This document shows positions 32,727 to 43,379 of a stretch of DNA of 43,843 bases, one piece after another (within the stretch, counting starts at the first letter, position 1; each line of letters starts with the position of its first letter). The translations under genes were made by a program, and so were the position numbers. The notes beneath the pieces were generated by a model. It was given only the letters and a program-made list of their open reading frames with translations. It ran no database searches and had not been told where the DNA came from. This DNA is from a virus (Duplodnaviria > Caudoviricetes), in the IMG/VR virus record IMGVR_UViG_3300008255_000200, positions 1-43,843 of that record. The stretch is one strand, 5' to 3'.

Positions 32727-34993
32727 AGGAAGGCGGACTGCTGGCCCCGTTCGAGTTCCAGGGGAACGACGAGGTCGAGCTCGGCCTGTCGAGCCAGAGC
32801 CTCCTCCGAGACAGCCAGTTCGAGCGGGACGACGTCGGCACCGTGGGGTGGATCGACGCCTGGTACGAGGACGGGGAGCGGCGGAAGGTCAACCTCGACC
32901 GCACCTGGTACCGGAACATCGAGTTCTTCGAGGGCAACCAGTGGGTGCAGTGGAGTGAGGAGGAGCAGCGCCACGCCCCCGCCCGCGCCCCGAAGTGGCG
33001 CGTGCGCTACACCGGCAACCTCTGCTCGGTGTTCACCGTCACGAAGGCGTCGAAGATCCTGCAGCAGCGCCCGCGGATCTACGTGCGGCCGGCGACGGGG
33101 AGCCCCGAGGACGAGCGCACCGCGCACGTGTCGCAGAAGATCCTGCGCTACTTCTGGGCCTGGCAGGGACACCAGCACAAGACCTTGCCCGAGTTCTGCT
33201 ATTGGCTCGTCCTGACGGGTCTCGGCACGCTCAAGTGGGGCTTCGACCCCATCGCTGGCCCTCTGCGCGAGATCCCCGAAGAACACGACCACCTCGTCGA
33301 CCCAGAGGACGCTGAGCGCGTCTTCGGGGCGCGGGAGCGCCAGCAGGGCGAGGTCCGCAGCTTCGCCCTGGGCGAGCCGTTCGTCGAGCCGGTGTCACCC
33401 TTCAACCTCTACCCGGACCCGAGCGCTCAGCGCTGGGAGGACCTGGGCTGGCTGCTCGACGTCCGCCGCAAGAGCCTCGACTTCTTCTACGACCGCTGGG
33501 GCCCCCGGGGCGCCCTCGTCTCGAGCGAGGGCACGCACGATCGTCGCGACTTCTACGAGATGCGCATCCGCGACGTCACGGGCTACCGCAACTTCCTGGC
33601 GGACAGCCAGCCCGGCGCGCCGTCCGCGCTCATGAAGGAGCTGTGGGTGCGGCCGTGCCGCCGCTATCCGCAGGGCTACCACGTGATCGTCGCGGGGCAG
33701 GTGGTCCTCGAGCGTGGCCCGCTGCCGAAGTGGTGTCGAGGCCGGCTGCCCTACGCCATGGCGCGCGACAAGCCGACGCCCGGGAAGCTGTGGCCGGACG
33801 CCACCTTCAACGACCTCGTCGGCCCGCAGAAGCTCCGCAACCGCGCCGTGTCCCTCGTGATCGAGAACGGGAACAAGATCGGCTCGCCGGCGATCCTGTT
33901 GCCGGCGCAGTGCCGCGTGAACCAGACCGACTTCACCGGCGGTCCCGGGAACATCATCTCGTACTTCGGGGCCGGCGGGCTGAAGCCCGAACTCATGCAG
34001 CACGGCACGCTCCCCGACTACGTGAAGAACATGCCGGAGATGTTCGAGGCCGACATCATGCTCATCTCGGGCATGAACGAGCCGACGTTCGCCGCGCGGT
34101 CCCCCAGAGGGGTGCGCACGGCGTCTGGGCTGGCGCAGCTGCAGGAGTCGGACAACAGCAGGCAGGTCGTCCTGATCGAGGGCGTGAACGGCACGCTCGG
34201 GGAAGCCTTCTCGGGGTTCCTCGCCGTCGCAGCCGAGGAGGTGGTCGAGGAGCGCCTCGCCACCATCGCCGACGAGGACCGGATCGACCTCCTGCGCTGG
34301 TCAGGGAAGGACCTCGCGGGGAAGTTCACCGACACCCCCGGGGTCAACTACTTCAACGTCGAGTGCCGCGTTGACTCCGGCTACAAGAGCCGCAGCGCGA
34401 CGCAGGAGTTCCTGCTCTCGCTCGCGACCGCCGGGATCATCCGGATCGACAACGACGAAGAACGGCGATGGCTGGTCCGCGAGCTCCGGATCGGGGACGA
34501 CGACGACGCGATCTTTGGCCAGGTGCTCGGCAAGGAGCAGCAGGCCCGGCTCGAGAACATCCTCATCGGCTACACCGAAGAGCAGTTCTGGATGATGCCG
34601 GAGATCCAGGGCAAGCTCGGCCCGTGGGAGTGGGACGACGACGAGGTCCACATCATGGCGCACGAGGAGTTCATGCGCCGGCCGCAGTTCCTCGAGGTTG
34701 CAGCCAAGAACCCCGCCGTCGTGGCCCGGTTCCAGACTCACATCCGCGAGCACCGGATGAACCTCCAGATGAAGATGCTCCAGCAGGCCGCCATGCAGAT
34801 GGGGGCGCCGGTGGGCGGCCCGATGGGTGGCCCCATGAACGGACAAGGTCCGCCTCCGTTGGAGCCCGGACAGAAACATCCTGGCGATCCAGGGGTTGCT
34901 CGTGCGAGGCTGAAGCAAGGAAGCAGGAAGGGTCAGGCTGAACCGCCGCGGGGAGCGATCTCCCCCGGGCTGGATCGGCAGATCCCAAAGTAG
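32723..34993 (+). CDS. Portal protein (P22-like podoviral)
   Basis: 756 aa following terL; FFEGNQW, VSPFNLYPDP, RTASGLAQLQE, WDDDEVHIMAH, Gln/Pro tail. Confidence 0.85.
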   Translation: MKEGGLLAPFEFQGNDEVELGLSSQSLLRDSQFERDDVGTVGWIDAWYEDGERRKVNLDRTWYRNIEFFEGNQWVQWSEEEQRHAPARAPKWRVRYTGNLCSVFTVTKASKILQQRPRIYVRPATGSPEDERTAHVSQKILRYFWAWQGHQHKTLPEFCYWLVLTGLGTLKWGFDPIAGPLREIPEEHDHLVDPEDAERVFGARERQQGEVRSFALGEPFVEPVSPFNLYPDPSAQRWEDLGWLLDVRRKSLDFFYDRWGPRGALVSSEGTHDRRDFYEMRIRDVTGYRNFLADSQPGAPSALMKELWVRPCRRYPQGYHVIVAGQVVLERGPLPKWCRGRLPYAMARDKPTPGKLWPDATFNDLVGPQKLRNRAVSLVIENGNKIGSPAILLPAQCRVNQTDFTGGPGNIISYFGAGGLKPELMQHGTLPDYVKNMPEMFEADIMLISGMNEPTFAARSPRGVRTASGLAQLQESDNSRQVVLIEGVNGTLGEAFSGFLAVAAEEVVEERLATIADEDRIDLLRWSGKDLAGKFTDTPGVNYFNVECRVDSGYKSRSATQEFLLSLATAGIIRIDNDEERRWLVRELRIGDDDDAIFGQVLGKEQQARLENILIGYTEEQFWMMPEIQGKLGPWEWDDDEVHIMAHEEFMRRPQFLEVAAKNPAVVARFQTHIREHRMNLQMKMLQQAAMQMGAPVGGPMGGPMNGQGPPPLEPGQKHPGDPGVARARLKQGSRKGQAEPPRGAISPGLDRQIPK

Positions 34994-35002
34994 GGGCGAA
35001 AG

Positions 35003-36055
35003 ATGCCGCAGGACGAAGACTTCGACTTCGAGAGTGCGCTCGACGAGATCGAGAAGCTCGAGCAGGGCAAGCGCGAGGACACGCAGCGCCCGGTAGCGTC
35101 TCTCGTGAGCACGGACCCGGAGCCGGAGATCACGAGCACGGTCGAGGTCGAGACGGACGACGCCGAGCCGGAGCCGCCCTACAGCTGGGGCGAAGGCGAG
35201 GCCCTCAAGCGCTCGGACGAGCGCTCGGGCGCGGCGCCCCCGCCAGCGGCGGCCGCCCCCGCCGCGCCGGCGGCGCCACCCACCCCCGGCGCGTCGGAGC
35301 GCCAGCAGAAGCTGCTCGAGGAGCTGGCGCGCCTGAAGGCCGCGCGCACCTCGCAGCAGAACGACCAGCCACGTGTGATCGGTTGGACCGCCGACGGTCA
35401 GCCGATCCTCAACGTGCCCCCGCCTCAGCGGGCGCAGACCTCGACCGATCCCGCGCGGGAGCGTTCGCGCGTCCACGACGCAGAACCGCCGGAGAACGAC
35501 GAGGACGTGGGCGACCTGCCCATGACGGACCACGAGGCCCGGCTGCACCGACGGTTCCTGGCCCAGCAGAACGAGCTCCAGGAGCTGCGCAAGCAGCTCG
35601 CGGAGGCAGCGCCCGTCGTGGCGCGGCTTCAGCAGCAGGAGCGCGAGCAGGGGCGGGAGCACTTCCTGCGGCAGCTCGAGACCACGGCCGCCGCGCGGCA
35701 CCCGGACACGTTCGGGAAGGACGCAGCGCGACGGACCGACGCCCTCAACCGCCTCAAGCTGCGGGTGTACGAGGGTGAGAGCGACCTGGAGCTGGCGGCC
35801 ACCGAGGTTGCCCTCGAGATGACTCGCGAGGAGGAAGGGCGGCTTCGCGGCTACTACGCGAAGAAGCTCGGCCAGCAGGCCACCGCTGGCGCGGGTCCGC
35901 AGGCTGGGGGTGTCCCCGATCGCGCGCGCCCTCCGGGGAAGCGCCGCGAGCTCACGGCGAAGGACCTCGACGACGACGTCGTCCTGGAAAGCGCCTTCAA
36001 GGAGCTCGAGGGGTACACCCACTTCGACTTCAACAAGACGTCCGCGCGCAAGTAG
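35003..36055 (+). CDS. Capsid scaffolding protein
   Basis: Acidic, Pro-rich and coiled-coil; lies between portal and capsid genes. Confidence 0.7.
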   Translation: MPQDEDFDFESALDEIEKLEQGKREDTQRPVASLVSTDPEPEITSTVEVETDDAEPEPPYSWGEGEALKRSDERSGAAPPPAAAAPAAPAAPPTPGASERQQKLLEELARLKAARTSQQNDQPRVIGWTADGQPILNVPPPQRAQTSTDPARERSRVHDAEPPENDEDVGDLPMTDHEARLHRRFLAQQNELQELRKQLAEAAPVVARLQQQEREQGREHFLRQLETTAAARHPDTFGKDAARRTDALNRLKLRVYEGESDLELAATEVALEMTREEEGRLRGYYAKKLGQQATAGAGPQAGGVPDRARPPGKRRELTAKDLDDDVVLESAFKELEGYTHFDFNKTSARK

Positions 36056-36081
36056 CGCGCGGCGGCTGAAAGGACGCACCC

Positions 36082-37308
36082 ATGGCTGGCGCCACGATCA
36101 CGACGCTGCAGAACATCCTCAAGGAGAAGTACGAGGGTCCCATCCGGGACCAGCTCAACACGAAGAAGACCCTGATGCGCATGGTGCGTCGGGGTCCGAA
36201 GCGCGACGTCGAGGGCAAGACGATCGTCATCCCGATGTGGACCGGGCGCCACTTCGGGTACGGCTCGCGCGCGGAGGACGGCGACCTCCCGACGGCCGGG
36301 AACGTCGGCTACACCCAGAACAACCCGTCCATGAAGTACCACTACCTCGTGGTCAAGATCACGGGGCCTGGCATCGACGCTGGGCAGACCGACAAGGGCT
36401 CCTTCCTGCGCGCGCTCAACGCGGAGCTCAAGGGCGGGCTCGAGGGCTTCCTCGACGGCTCGAACCGCAGCATGTTCGGCGACTCGTCGGGCATCCTGAC
36501 GAAAACCATCATCGGCGGCGCGAGCACGACGGTCAACCTCGACGCGGACTCGTTCGACACCCAGTACCTGCAGGTCGGGATGCCGATCGACATCGAGGAG
36601 TTCGCCGACGGGACGAACCTCGCCGCAGACCGGACGATCGACTCGATCGACGTCGCGAACTCCACCATCGTGATCTCGGGCGCTGCGGTCACGACGACCG
36701 CGGATCACGCGATCTACATCAAGGACAACCGCAACGCCGAGCTCATGGGCCTCCTGGGGATCGTCTCCGACCAGAACCCCGGCGACATCCAGACGAGCGG
36801 CGTCGGCAACCTCCAGAACCTGGCGGTCGCGACGGAGCCGTCGTGGAAGGCGACGGTCCTCGACAACAGCGGCGTGCTGCGCTCGATCAGCATCTCGCTG
36901 ATGCAGGACGTCGTGATCGAGGTCGACCTCGCGTCGGGGCTCGGCGACGAGCTCGGGCTGATCCTCTGCCACCACAAGACCTGGAAGCCCTACGGGCTGC
37001 TCCTGACGCCCGACCGTCGCTACGCGCACAACTCGACCAAGCTCGAGGGCGGCTACCGCTACCTCGAGTTCGACGGCGTGCCGCTCATGTACGACCGCCA
37101 CTGCCAGCACAACCGCATGTACTGGCTGAACCGCAAGCACCTCGCGATCTACGAGCAGACGCCGATCGAGTGGTCGGCGCGCGAGGGGCACATCCTGAAG
37201 TGGGTCACCGGGAAGGACGGCTGGCAGGCCTTCCTCCACTGGTACTCGCAGTTCGTGACGACCCGGCGGAACGCTCACGCGCTCCTCACGGACCTCAAGG
37301 AGTCCTAA
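36082..37308 (+). CDS. Major capsid protein
   Basis: ILKEKYEGPIRDQLN N-terminus, EDGDLP, internal beta-rich insertion, C-terminal TTRRNAHALLTDL; strong codon bias. Confidence 0.85.
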   Translation: MAGATITTLQNILKEKYEGPIRDQLNTKKTLMRMVRRGPKRDVEGKTIVIPMWTGRHFGYGSRAEDGDLPTAGNVGYTQNNPSMKYHYLVVKITGPGIDAGQTDKGSFLRALNAELKGGLEGFLDGSNRSMFGDSSGILTKTIIGGASTTVNLDADSFDTQYLQVGMPIDIEEFADGTNLAADRTIDSIDVANSTIVISGAAVTTTADHAIYIKDNRNAELMGLLGIVSDQNPGDIQTSGVGNLQNLAVATEPSWKATVLDNSGVLRSISISLMQDVVIEVDLASGLGDELGLILCHHKTWKPYGLLLTPDRRYAHNSTKLEGGYRYLEFDGVPLMYDRHCQHNRMYWLNRKHLAIYEQTPIEWSAREGHILKWVTGKDGWQAFLHWYSQFVTTRRNAHALLTDLKES

Positions 37309-37359
37309 CCGGCTGACGCCGAAGGGGCTTTGACAGGAAGACCAACGACGCCGGGCTGA

Positions 37360-38454
37360 GTGCCCGGCGTCTTCGTAGGAGACAGAACCGTGGGTATCCG
37401 CAACATCAACATCGAGGACGACGCCCGGATCAGCCCGGACAAGCTCGGGCTCGCCCTGGCCGAGGACCGCTACCAGTTCCTCGAGGACTTCCTCCTCCCG
37501 ACGATCGGCGACACGGAGGAGGTCATCCTCGCGACGGAGGCGGCGAACGGGATCGCCGACACCGACGAGTACCGCCTCAAGCTCTTCGGCCGCGGCGAGA
37601 TCGTGTCGATCTTCGTCCGGGCGATCGACGAGGTCACCACGGCGGCGAAGACGGCGACGCTCACCGCGTCCCTCAACACGACCGCGATCACGGGCGCGGC
37701 CGGCGCGTTCGCGAGCGCCGACTTCGTCAACGAGGGCGACGAGAAGGAGTACCAGGCGACCGCCGTCAACGTCTGGGCGCCGGGCGACGTCTTGAAGCTC
37801 GTCGCCTCGCTGGTCACCGCGTTCGTGGAGGGGGCGTTCCAGATCGGCGTGCGCCTCAAGCGCTACAACCACGCCTGGTTCACGCGCGACTACGACGGCG
37901 GCGGGGTGTCGCCCCTCGACGGCGACGGCGGCCTCGTCCAGGTCCAGTCCGGCGGCGCGGACAACGACGAGTGCTACCTGATCTCCGCGCGCGAGGCGGT
38001 CAAGTTCCAGACCGGCAAGCCGTTCCGGCTGAAGGTGCGCCTCAAGCTCGCCGAGGCTGCCACCGACGACGCGAACATCCTCTTCGGGGTCATGGACGCC
38101 GCCGGTGCGAACGCGCTCCTGGACAACGGCGGTGGGCCCGCGGCGACCTATGACGGCGCGGTCGTCTTCAAGGTGGACGGCGGCACCGTCTGGCAGTGCG
38201 AGACGTCCAACGCGGCGACCCAGGTCACGACCGCGAGCGCCGCGGCGTTCGTCACCGACACCTGGGACGAGTGGGAGATCGTCTGGGACGGCGCGGGCAC
38301 CGTGTCGTTCGTCAAGGACGGGACCGGCGTGGCGGACCACGCGCTCTCGGCGACGGGTCTCGAGGAGATGCACATCATCGCGGGCGTGAAGTCGGGCGGG
38401 GCGAACGCCGAGACGCTCAAGGTCGACTTCATCGCGTTCGAGGGGACCCGGTAA
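37360..38454 (+). CDS. Beta-rich virion (decoration-type) protein
   Basis: Immediately follows the capsid gene; FLEDF...LKVDFI lectin-like beta-sandwich pattern. Confidence 0.6.
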   Translation: MPGVFVGDRTVGIRNINIEDDARISPDKLGLALAEDRYQFLEDFLLPTIGDTEEVILATEAANGIADTDEYRLKLFGRGEIVSIFVRAIDEVTTAAKTATLTASLNTTAITGAAGAFASADFVNEGDEKEYQATAVNVWAPGDVLKLVASLVTAFVEGAFQIGVRLKRYNHAWFTRDYDGGGVSPLDGDGGLVQVQSGGADNDECYLISAREAVKFQTGKPFRLKVRLKLAEAATDDANILFGVMDAAGANALLDNGGGPAATYDGAVVFKVDGGTVWQCETSNAATQVTTASAAAFVTDTWDEWEIVWDGAGTVSFVKDGTGVADHALSATGLEEMHIIAGVKSGGANAETLKVDFIAFEGTR

Positions 38455-38457
38455 CCC

Positions 38458-38811
38458 GTGGCGACCTCGGACTACCTCCACGCCATGTTCGGCGGCGGTC
38501 AGCGGGTGCGCCTGCAGAAGACCGCCGCCGGCGAGCACGAGCTCGTCCCCCCGGGGGAGGTCCCCAAGGACGAGCGCGTGGTCGTGGACCGCTTCGCCTT
38601 CGAGGCGAGCGACGACGTGGTCTTCTCCTTCTTGGGGAAGACCCAGGAGAACCAGCCCGTGCTCTACCGCGGGCGGTTCATCGACACGGTCGGCGGCGAT
38701 ACCGGCATCCGGGACGTCGACCTGCGGGGCGAGCCGGGCGAGGACCTCCGGTTCAAGGTCGTGGGAGATGTGACGGCCTGGTCCGTCTACGTCGAGTACC
38801 ACGTCGAGTAG
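38458..38811 (+). CDS. Hypothetical virion-module protein
   Basis: 117 aa, beta-rich, inside the structural operon. Confidence 0.65.
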   Translation: MATSDYLHAMFGGGQRVRLQKTAAGEHELVPPGEVPKDERVVVDRFAFEASDDVVFSFLGKTQENQPVLYRGRFIDTVGGDTGIRDVDLRGEPGEDLRFKVVGDVTAWSVYVEYHVE

Positions 38812-38858
38812 GCGTGTAGGATGCGGGTAGCCAGATCCGAAACCAGGAGGACGTCAAG

Positions 38859-39122
38859 ATGTCGCGCAAGGGCATGTTCGAGACGAGCGGGTTCAAGGAC
38901 GTAGCCGGGGCCGACACCTCGGCCGACGTCATGGGGTGCCTCAACGCCGGGGGTCCGGACAGCATGATGCCGGCGAAGGGTGCGCAGAGCGCCGGCGATC
39001 GGACCGCGAACCGCGAGGGGTCGGGGGAGAAGCGCGTCGGCGCCAACCCCAGCCGCGACGCCGGGAGCGGGAGCGGGGGCAAGGCCGCGAAGGTCAATAC
39101 CGACCAGGCCTACTCGAAGTAG
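38859..39122 (+). CDS. Small low-complexity hypothetical protein
   Basis: AGGAGG RBS. Confidence 0.65.
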   Translation: MSRKGMFETSGFKDVAGADTSADVMGCLNAGGPDSMMPAKGAQSAGDRTANREGSGEKRVGANPSRDAGSGSGGKAAKVNTDQAYSK

Positions 39123-39157
39123 CCGTCGGCCCGATCTCTGACCGACGGAAGGACCGC

Positions 39158-39625
39158 ATGCTCGAAGCGCCGATCTGCAACGAGGAGGACCGGAGGATGC
39201 GCGGGGCGCTCCGCCGGCACAACCCTCGGCTCCGCATCGGGTTCAACCCGCGCCGCCGGCGCTTCGAGATGCTCTACCTGCTATCCCAGGGCGGCCAGCC
39301 GTTCCCCGAGCCCCCGGCGCTCTACCCCGACAAGCTCGAGGGGCTCAAGCACCCCTCCCTCGAGTTCCGCTTCGCATGCGTCCGCGATGACGGCAGCCCG
39401 CGCGCGCCCGCCTGGTGCGACTACCACCGCATCCGGGCGATGGACACGGTGAACATGACCCCGGCGCAGCTGTGCCGAGAGATCGAGGACCACAACACGG
39501 GCGTCGACCTCGCGGCGGACAAGAAGGTCGACGTCCACCTCGCGGAGATCGCGGAGTACGCCTGGCGTCTCCGCACGGGGAGCGTCCAGCGCGGCTACGA
39601 GCCCGCCGGCGCGCGCTGGTGGTGA
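39158..39625 (+). CDS. Hypothetical protein
   Basis: GAAGGA RBS before ATG 39158. Confidence 0.65.
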   Translation: MLEAPICNEEDRRMRGALRRHNPRLRIGFNPRRRRFEMLYLLSQGGQPFPEPPALYPDKLEGLKHPSLEFRFACVRDDGSPRAPAWCDYHRIRAMDTVNMTPAQLCREIEDHNTGVDLAADKKVDVHLAEIAEYAWRLRTGSVQRGYEPAGARWW

Positions 39626-39626
39626 C

Positions 39627-40307
39627 GTGGCCACCGAGACGATCGGCGACCTGAAGACCCGCCTCCTGCGCCTCCTGCGCGACCCGAGCGGGGACGTCTA
39701 CGAAGACGCCTTCGTCGAGGAGTGCCTCCAGCTCGCGCTCGACGAGCTCGCGATGCAGACCGCGCACGCGAAGGCGCTTCCCTTCGTAGCCCGCGCGACG
39801 GTGACGCTCGTCGCGGACCAGGAGCTCTACGCGATCGGCACCTCACCGGCGGCGCAACGCGTGCTCCGGATCGAGAAGGTCACGCGCCTCGATGCGAACG
39901 GGAAGGAGGTCGTCCTCGTCCCGGTCGAGTTCGGGCAGAAGTTCACCGGTGCCGATGCGGGCACGCCCCTCTACTACTTCCTCCGGGCCGACTCGGTGGG
40001 GGAGGTGAAGCTGGGCCTGCTGCCGATCCCGGATGTGGCGGGGACCGTGTACGTCTACCACGTCTCCATGGGCGCCGACATCGTGGACGACAACACGGAG
40101 ATCGTGTTCCCGCGCGCGTTCCGGCCCTTCATCCTCATGGAGGCCCTCGCGAAGGCTACCGCCTTCGGGGGCGACGGGAAGGCGAACCTCATGCTCCAGC
40201 AGCAGCTCGCGCAGGCGATCCAGGAGCGCGACTGGCTCGTGGTGAAGTGGCAGCAGGACGAGACGCCGGAGCCTCGCGGCCTGTGGGAAATGAGCCTGTG
40301 GGGGTAG
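39627..40307 (+). CDS. Head-tail adaptor (tail tubular protein A-like)
   Basis: TIGDLKTRLLRLLRD N-terminal helix, GTPLYY, LLPIPD; position before the nozzle gene. Confidence 0.75.
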   Translation: MATETIGDLKTRLLRLLRDPSGDVYEDAFVEECLQLALDELAMQTAHAKALPFVARATVTLVADQELYAIGTSPAAQRVLRIEKVTRLDANGKEVVLVPVEFGQKFTGADAGTPLYYFLRADSVGEVKLGLLPIPDVAGTVYVYHVSMGADIVDDNTEIVFPRAFRPFILMEALAKATAFGGDGKANLMLQQQLAQAIQERDWLVVKWQQDETPEPRGLWEMSLWG

Positions 40308-40311
40308 CCCT

Positions 40312-42324
40312 GTGCAGACGGTCATCTCCCCAACTGGCGGGCTCCACACCGACGCAGAGCCTCACGTCATCGCGGACAGCGAGGCGGCCGACCTTCTGAA
40401 CGTCAGCTTCTCGACCCCCGGCGTCGCGAAGACGCGGAAGGGGTCACGGCGCGCGAACGTCACCGCCGCGGGCGCGGTCTTCCTCGGGATCTTCGAGTTC
40501 CGCAAGAGCGACGGAACGACGAAGATCCTGGTCAAGCTGGGGACCGAGCTCAAGGTTGCGACGCGGGACAGCTCCGACGACTTCACGTTCGGGGCGGCGA
40601 TCCTCACGGGGATGGCAGCCGACTTCAAGTCGGTGTTCCTGACGTTCAAGGACAAGTGCCTGATCTTCGACAAGGCGGCGAACTACGTCTACGACGGAAC
40701 CAACGTCACCCGCCTCGGCCGCGCCGCGGTCGCGAGCACGATCGTCTTCACCTCGAAGTTGACAGGCGGGGGCGGGCTGACGCCGGGGACGTACCAGTAC
40801 CGTTTCAGCTACTACTCGACCTCGCTCGACTTCGAGAGCGAGCTCTCTGCCCAGCTACCCGCAACGGTGTCCGGCGGGCACAACGCGCTCGGGGTCGACT
40901 TCCAGGGCACAATCCTCGACGCGACGAAGATCGACCCCGTCTGGGACAAGATCCGCGTCTACCGGTCGGCGGTCGGCGGCTCGAGCCTCCTGTTCAACCA
41001 GGACGTCACCGCCGACTTCGATGACGAGACGGCGGACGCGTCGCTCGGGGCCGTCGCCGTCAACAGCAACTACACGCAGCCTCCCGGAGCTCGCTACGCG
41101 ATCGAGCACCTGGGCGTGCTCTTCCTCGTGGTCGACGCCGATCCGACTCTCGTCTACTTCAGCGACCCCGGCGAGCCGGAGAAGGTCGGGACCGCGTCGC
41201 AGCTCCGGTGCGGGCAGCAGGACGGCGACCCCGGCCTCGGGTTCCTCGCACTGCACAGCCGGCTCTACGTCATGAAGCGCGACACGGTCTTCCTGCTGAT
41301 CGGCCAGGACGCGTCGACGTTCTCGTTCGAGAACTTCGAGGCGGCCGGCGGGACCGAGGCGGGGCGAGCGGTGACCTCCGTAGCGGGGATCGCCTACGCG
41401 TTCAACGCGCGGATCTCCTGCTACCGGTGGCGGGGGGCAGAGGTCCAGCGGATCGGCGAGTCGATCCGTCCCACCGTGCGGGCGCTCAAGCTGTCCGTCG
41501 CCGAGGCTGAGTTCGTCGCTGGCTACGAGCCGGTCGAGCACGCGGTCTGGTTCACGGTGCAGACGGCGTCGAGCGGGATCAACGACCGGGTTCTCGTCTA
41601 CTTCGTCCGCACGGGGGTCTGGTCCCTCTACGACCACCGCGTCTCGGTCATGGCGTTGGTCCAGCGCGCGGGCGGCGAGCGCGAGCTGCTGCTCGGCGAC
41701 GAGGACGGGTTCCTGACCTGGGCGGCGGAAGGTGAGTTCGAGGACCCGGGGACAGGGGCGAGCTACAGCGGCACGGTCCAGGCCGGGGGCGACACGGACA
41801 CGATCGTCACCGCTGCCACGCTGCCGACAACCGGTGACGGTCTCGCAGGGATGCTGCTCCACCTGCGGGACGCTACCGACGGCGCGATCTACACGAGGCG
41901 CATCACCTCCAACACCGCGACCAACATCGAATTGGCGTCTGCTCTGCCGGTCACCCCAGCCGCGGGTGCCGACACGTGGGCGGTGGGGCCAGTCCACTTC
42001 TACTGGCAGGGGAAGTCCTTGGACTTTGGCTCCCCGTGGTTGAAGAAACGCGTGCGCACGATGCAGGTTGCGTTGCGCGGCGCGGTTGCTGGCGAGGACC
42101 TGCGCGCGCGCGTAGTACCTGACCAGAAGACGCTGTCCTTCGTGGAGCGCACCACCGCGGCAGACGTCGACGTGGTCGAGTTCGCGGTGCAGCGCTCCGG
42201 CTACCGCTTCCAGCCGGAGCTGGACTACGTCGGCGGCATGGGCGGTACGACGACGCCCTTGGTGCTGACAGCGCTACGGCTGATCCACGACGAGGTGGGT
42301 GTGCAGCGCGGAGCAGAGCAGTGA
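40312..42324 (+). CDS. Tail nozzle/head-closure protein (tail tubular protein B, P22 gp10-like)
   Basis: GGLHT...NVSF...KTRKG N-terminus, VYFSDPGEPE, DFGSPWLKKR C-terminus; beta-propeller-like. Confidence 0.75.
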   Translation: MQTVISPTGGLHTDAEPHVIADSEAADLLNVSFSTPGVAKTRKGSRRANVTAAGAVFLGIFEFRKSDGTTKILVKLGTELKVATRDSSDDFTFGAAILTGMAADFKSVFLTFKDKCLIFDKAANYVYDGTNVTRLGRAAVASTIVFTSKLTGGGGLTPGTYQYRFSYYSTSLDFESELSAQLPATVSGGHNALGVDFQGTILDATKIDPVWDKIRVYRSAVGGSSLLFNQDVTADFDDETADASLGAVAVNSNYTQPPGARYAIEHLGVLFLVVDADPTLVYFSDPGEPEKVGTASQLRCGQQDGDPGLGFLALHSRLYVMKRDTVFLLIGQDASTFSFENFEAAGGTEAGRAVTSVAGIAYAFNARISCYRWRGAEVQRIGESIRPTVRALKLSVAEAEFVAGYEPVEHAVWFTVQTASSGINDRVLVYFVRTGVWSLYDHRVSVMALVQRAGGERELLLGDEDGFLTWAAEGEFEDPGTGASYSGTVQAGGDTDTIVTAATLPTTGDGLAGMLLHLRDATDGAIYTRRITSNTATNIELASALPVTPAAGADTWAVGPVHFYWQGKSLDFGSPWLKKRVRTMQVALRGAVAGEDLRARVVPDQKTLSFVERTTAADVDVVEFAVQRSGYRFQPELDYVGGMGGTTTPLVLTALRLIHDEVGVQRGAEQ

Positions 42325-42830
42325 CGCCCGGCTCGGTTCCGGGCAACTTCAGCTACCGCGTCGACCACGAGCCTGGCCTTCAGGGGGCCGACGACGGTAT
42401 CCGCGGACGCATCGGCGAGCTGGAGCTGCTCGCGCGCGCCCTCTATGAGGTGGTTTCGGGGCGTCTCGACAGCGACAACATCGACTTCGACGCGATCGTC
42501 GACACCGACACGGGGCTGATCGTGACGGTGCGTGCCGCCATAGGTGTCAAGGGCAAGATCGGGATCGACCCGGCCGTCGTTGCTCCGACGCTCGACCACG
42601 GGGCGCTCGACGCGACGAGCCTGGCGGACGACGACCACCCCCACTACACCCTTGCCGACGGCACGCGCCCATTCACTGGCACCGTTGGGTTCACCGCGGG
42701 GCTCGACGTCACCGGCGGCGCGTTCACGCCACGACGCATGACCGCCGAGGAGTCCAACACTCGCATCTTCGCCGTGGGCGAGATGGTGCTGACAACCGAC
42801 CGACCCGGCATTGACTTCGGAGGAACGTGA
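42321..42830 (+). CDS. Tail-associated protein
   Basis: DHGAL...LADDDHPHY...DGTRPFTG, a motif typical of tail-fibre-type proteins. Confidence 0.55.
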   Translation: MTPGSVPGNFSYRVDHEPGLQGADDGIRGRIGELELLARALYEVVSGRLDSDNIDFDAIVDTDTGLIVTVRAAIGVKGKIGIDPAVVAPTLDHGALDATSLADDDHPHYTLADGTRPFTGTVGFTAGLDVTGGAFTPRRMTAEESNTRIFAVGEMVLTTDRPGIDFGGT

Positions 42831-42833
42831 CGC

Positions 42834-43379
42834 ATGGACGTAGTGCCTATCAAGGTGACGCTTCGGCAGATCCCCCGCACAGCACGCGGCGCGACCATCG
42901 AGTACCCGCCGTTCGAGCGGGTGCCGGACGCCGCGCGCCTCGGACTGCCGTGGCAGCAGCTTGTGGACGCCTATGGTGGTCCGATCTACGACAAAGCGAG
43001 CGGATTCGGCGAGACGGACCCCGAGAGCCCCGATCCGCTGCTGTGGCACGTCGTCTATCTCGTGCCGTCTGCCTTCGCAGCCGAGGCCGAGGCGCGCTGG
43101 CCGGAGCGCGTGACGCGCCTGACCGAGGCTGCGCTGGAGACGTTCTACGATCGGCGTTCCCTGGCCGCGAGCTCGCCGGACGAGACCGTGTCCCCCGAGG
43201 TGCTGGCCGGTCTGCGCGCCAAGTACGCGCAGCCGGCGGGCTTGCTGGTGCCGGATGCAACGTGGTCGCAGGCCGACAAGGACGCGATCGATCCGCGACA
43301 CCCGGCGCCGGGCATCGTCCGCAACGCCCGCAAGCGGTGGTCGCGACTCAAGGCCGCGCGGGGGTACAGGGTCGTCTGA
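42834..43379 (+). CDS. Hypothetical protein
   Basis: 181 aa; TGATG overlap with the next gene. Confidence 0.7.
   Translation: MDVVPIKVTLRQIPRTARGATIEYPPFERVPDAARLGLPWQQLVDAYGGPIYDKASGFGETDPESPDPLLWHVVYLVPSAFAAEAEARWPERVTRLTEAALETFYDRRSLAASSPDETVSPEVLAGLRAKYAQPAGLLVPDATWSQADKDAIDPRHPAPGIVRNARKRWSRLKAARGYRVV

Noticed and set aside
35854-38802. Very long antisense ORFs (982 aa here; also 17757-20645, 7642-10029, 10081-12477, 34301-36079)
   Set aside because: Shadow frames opposite strongly biased high-GC genes; no motifs and abnormal composition.
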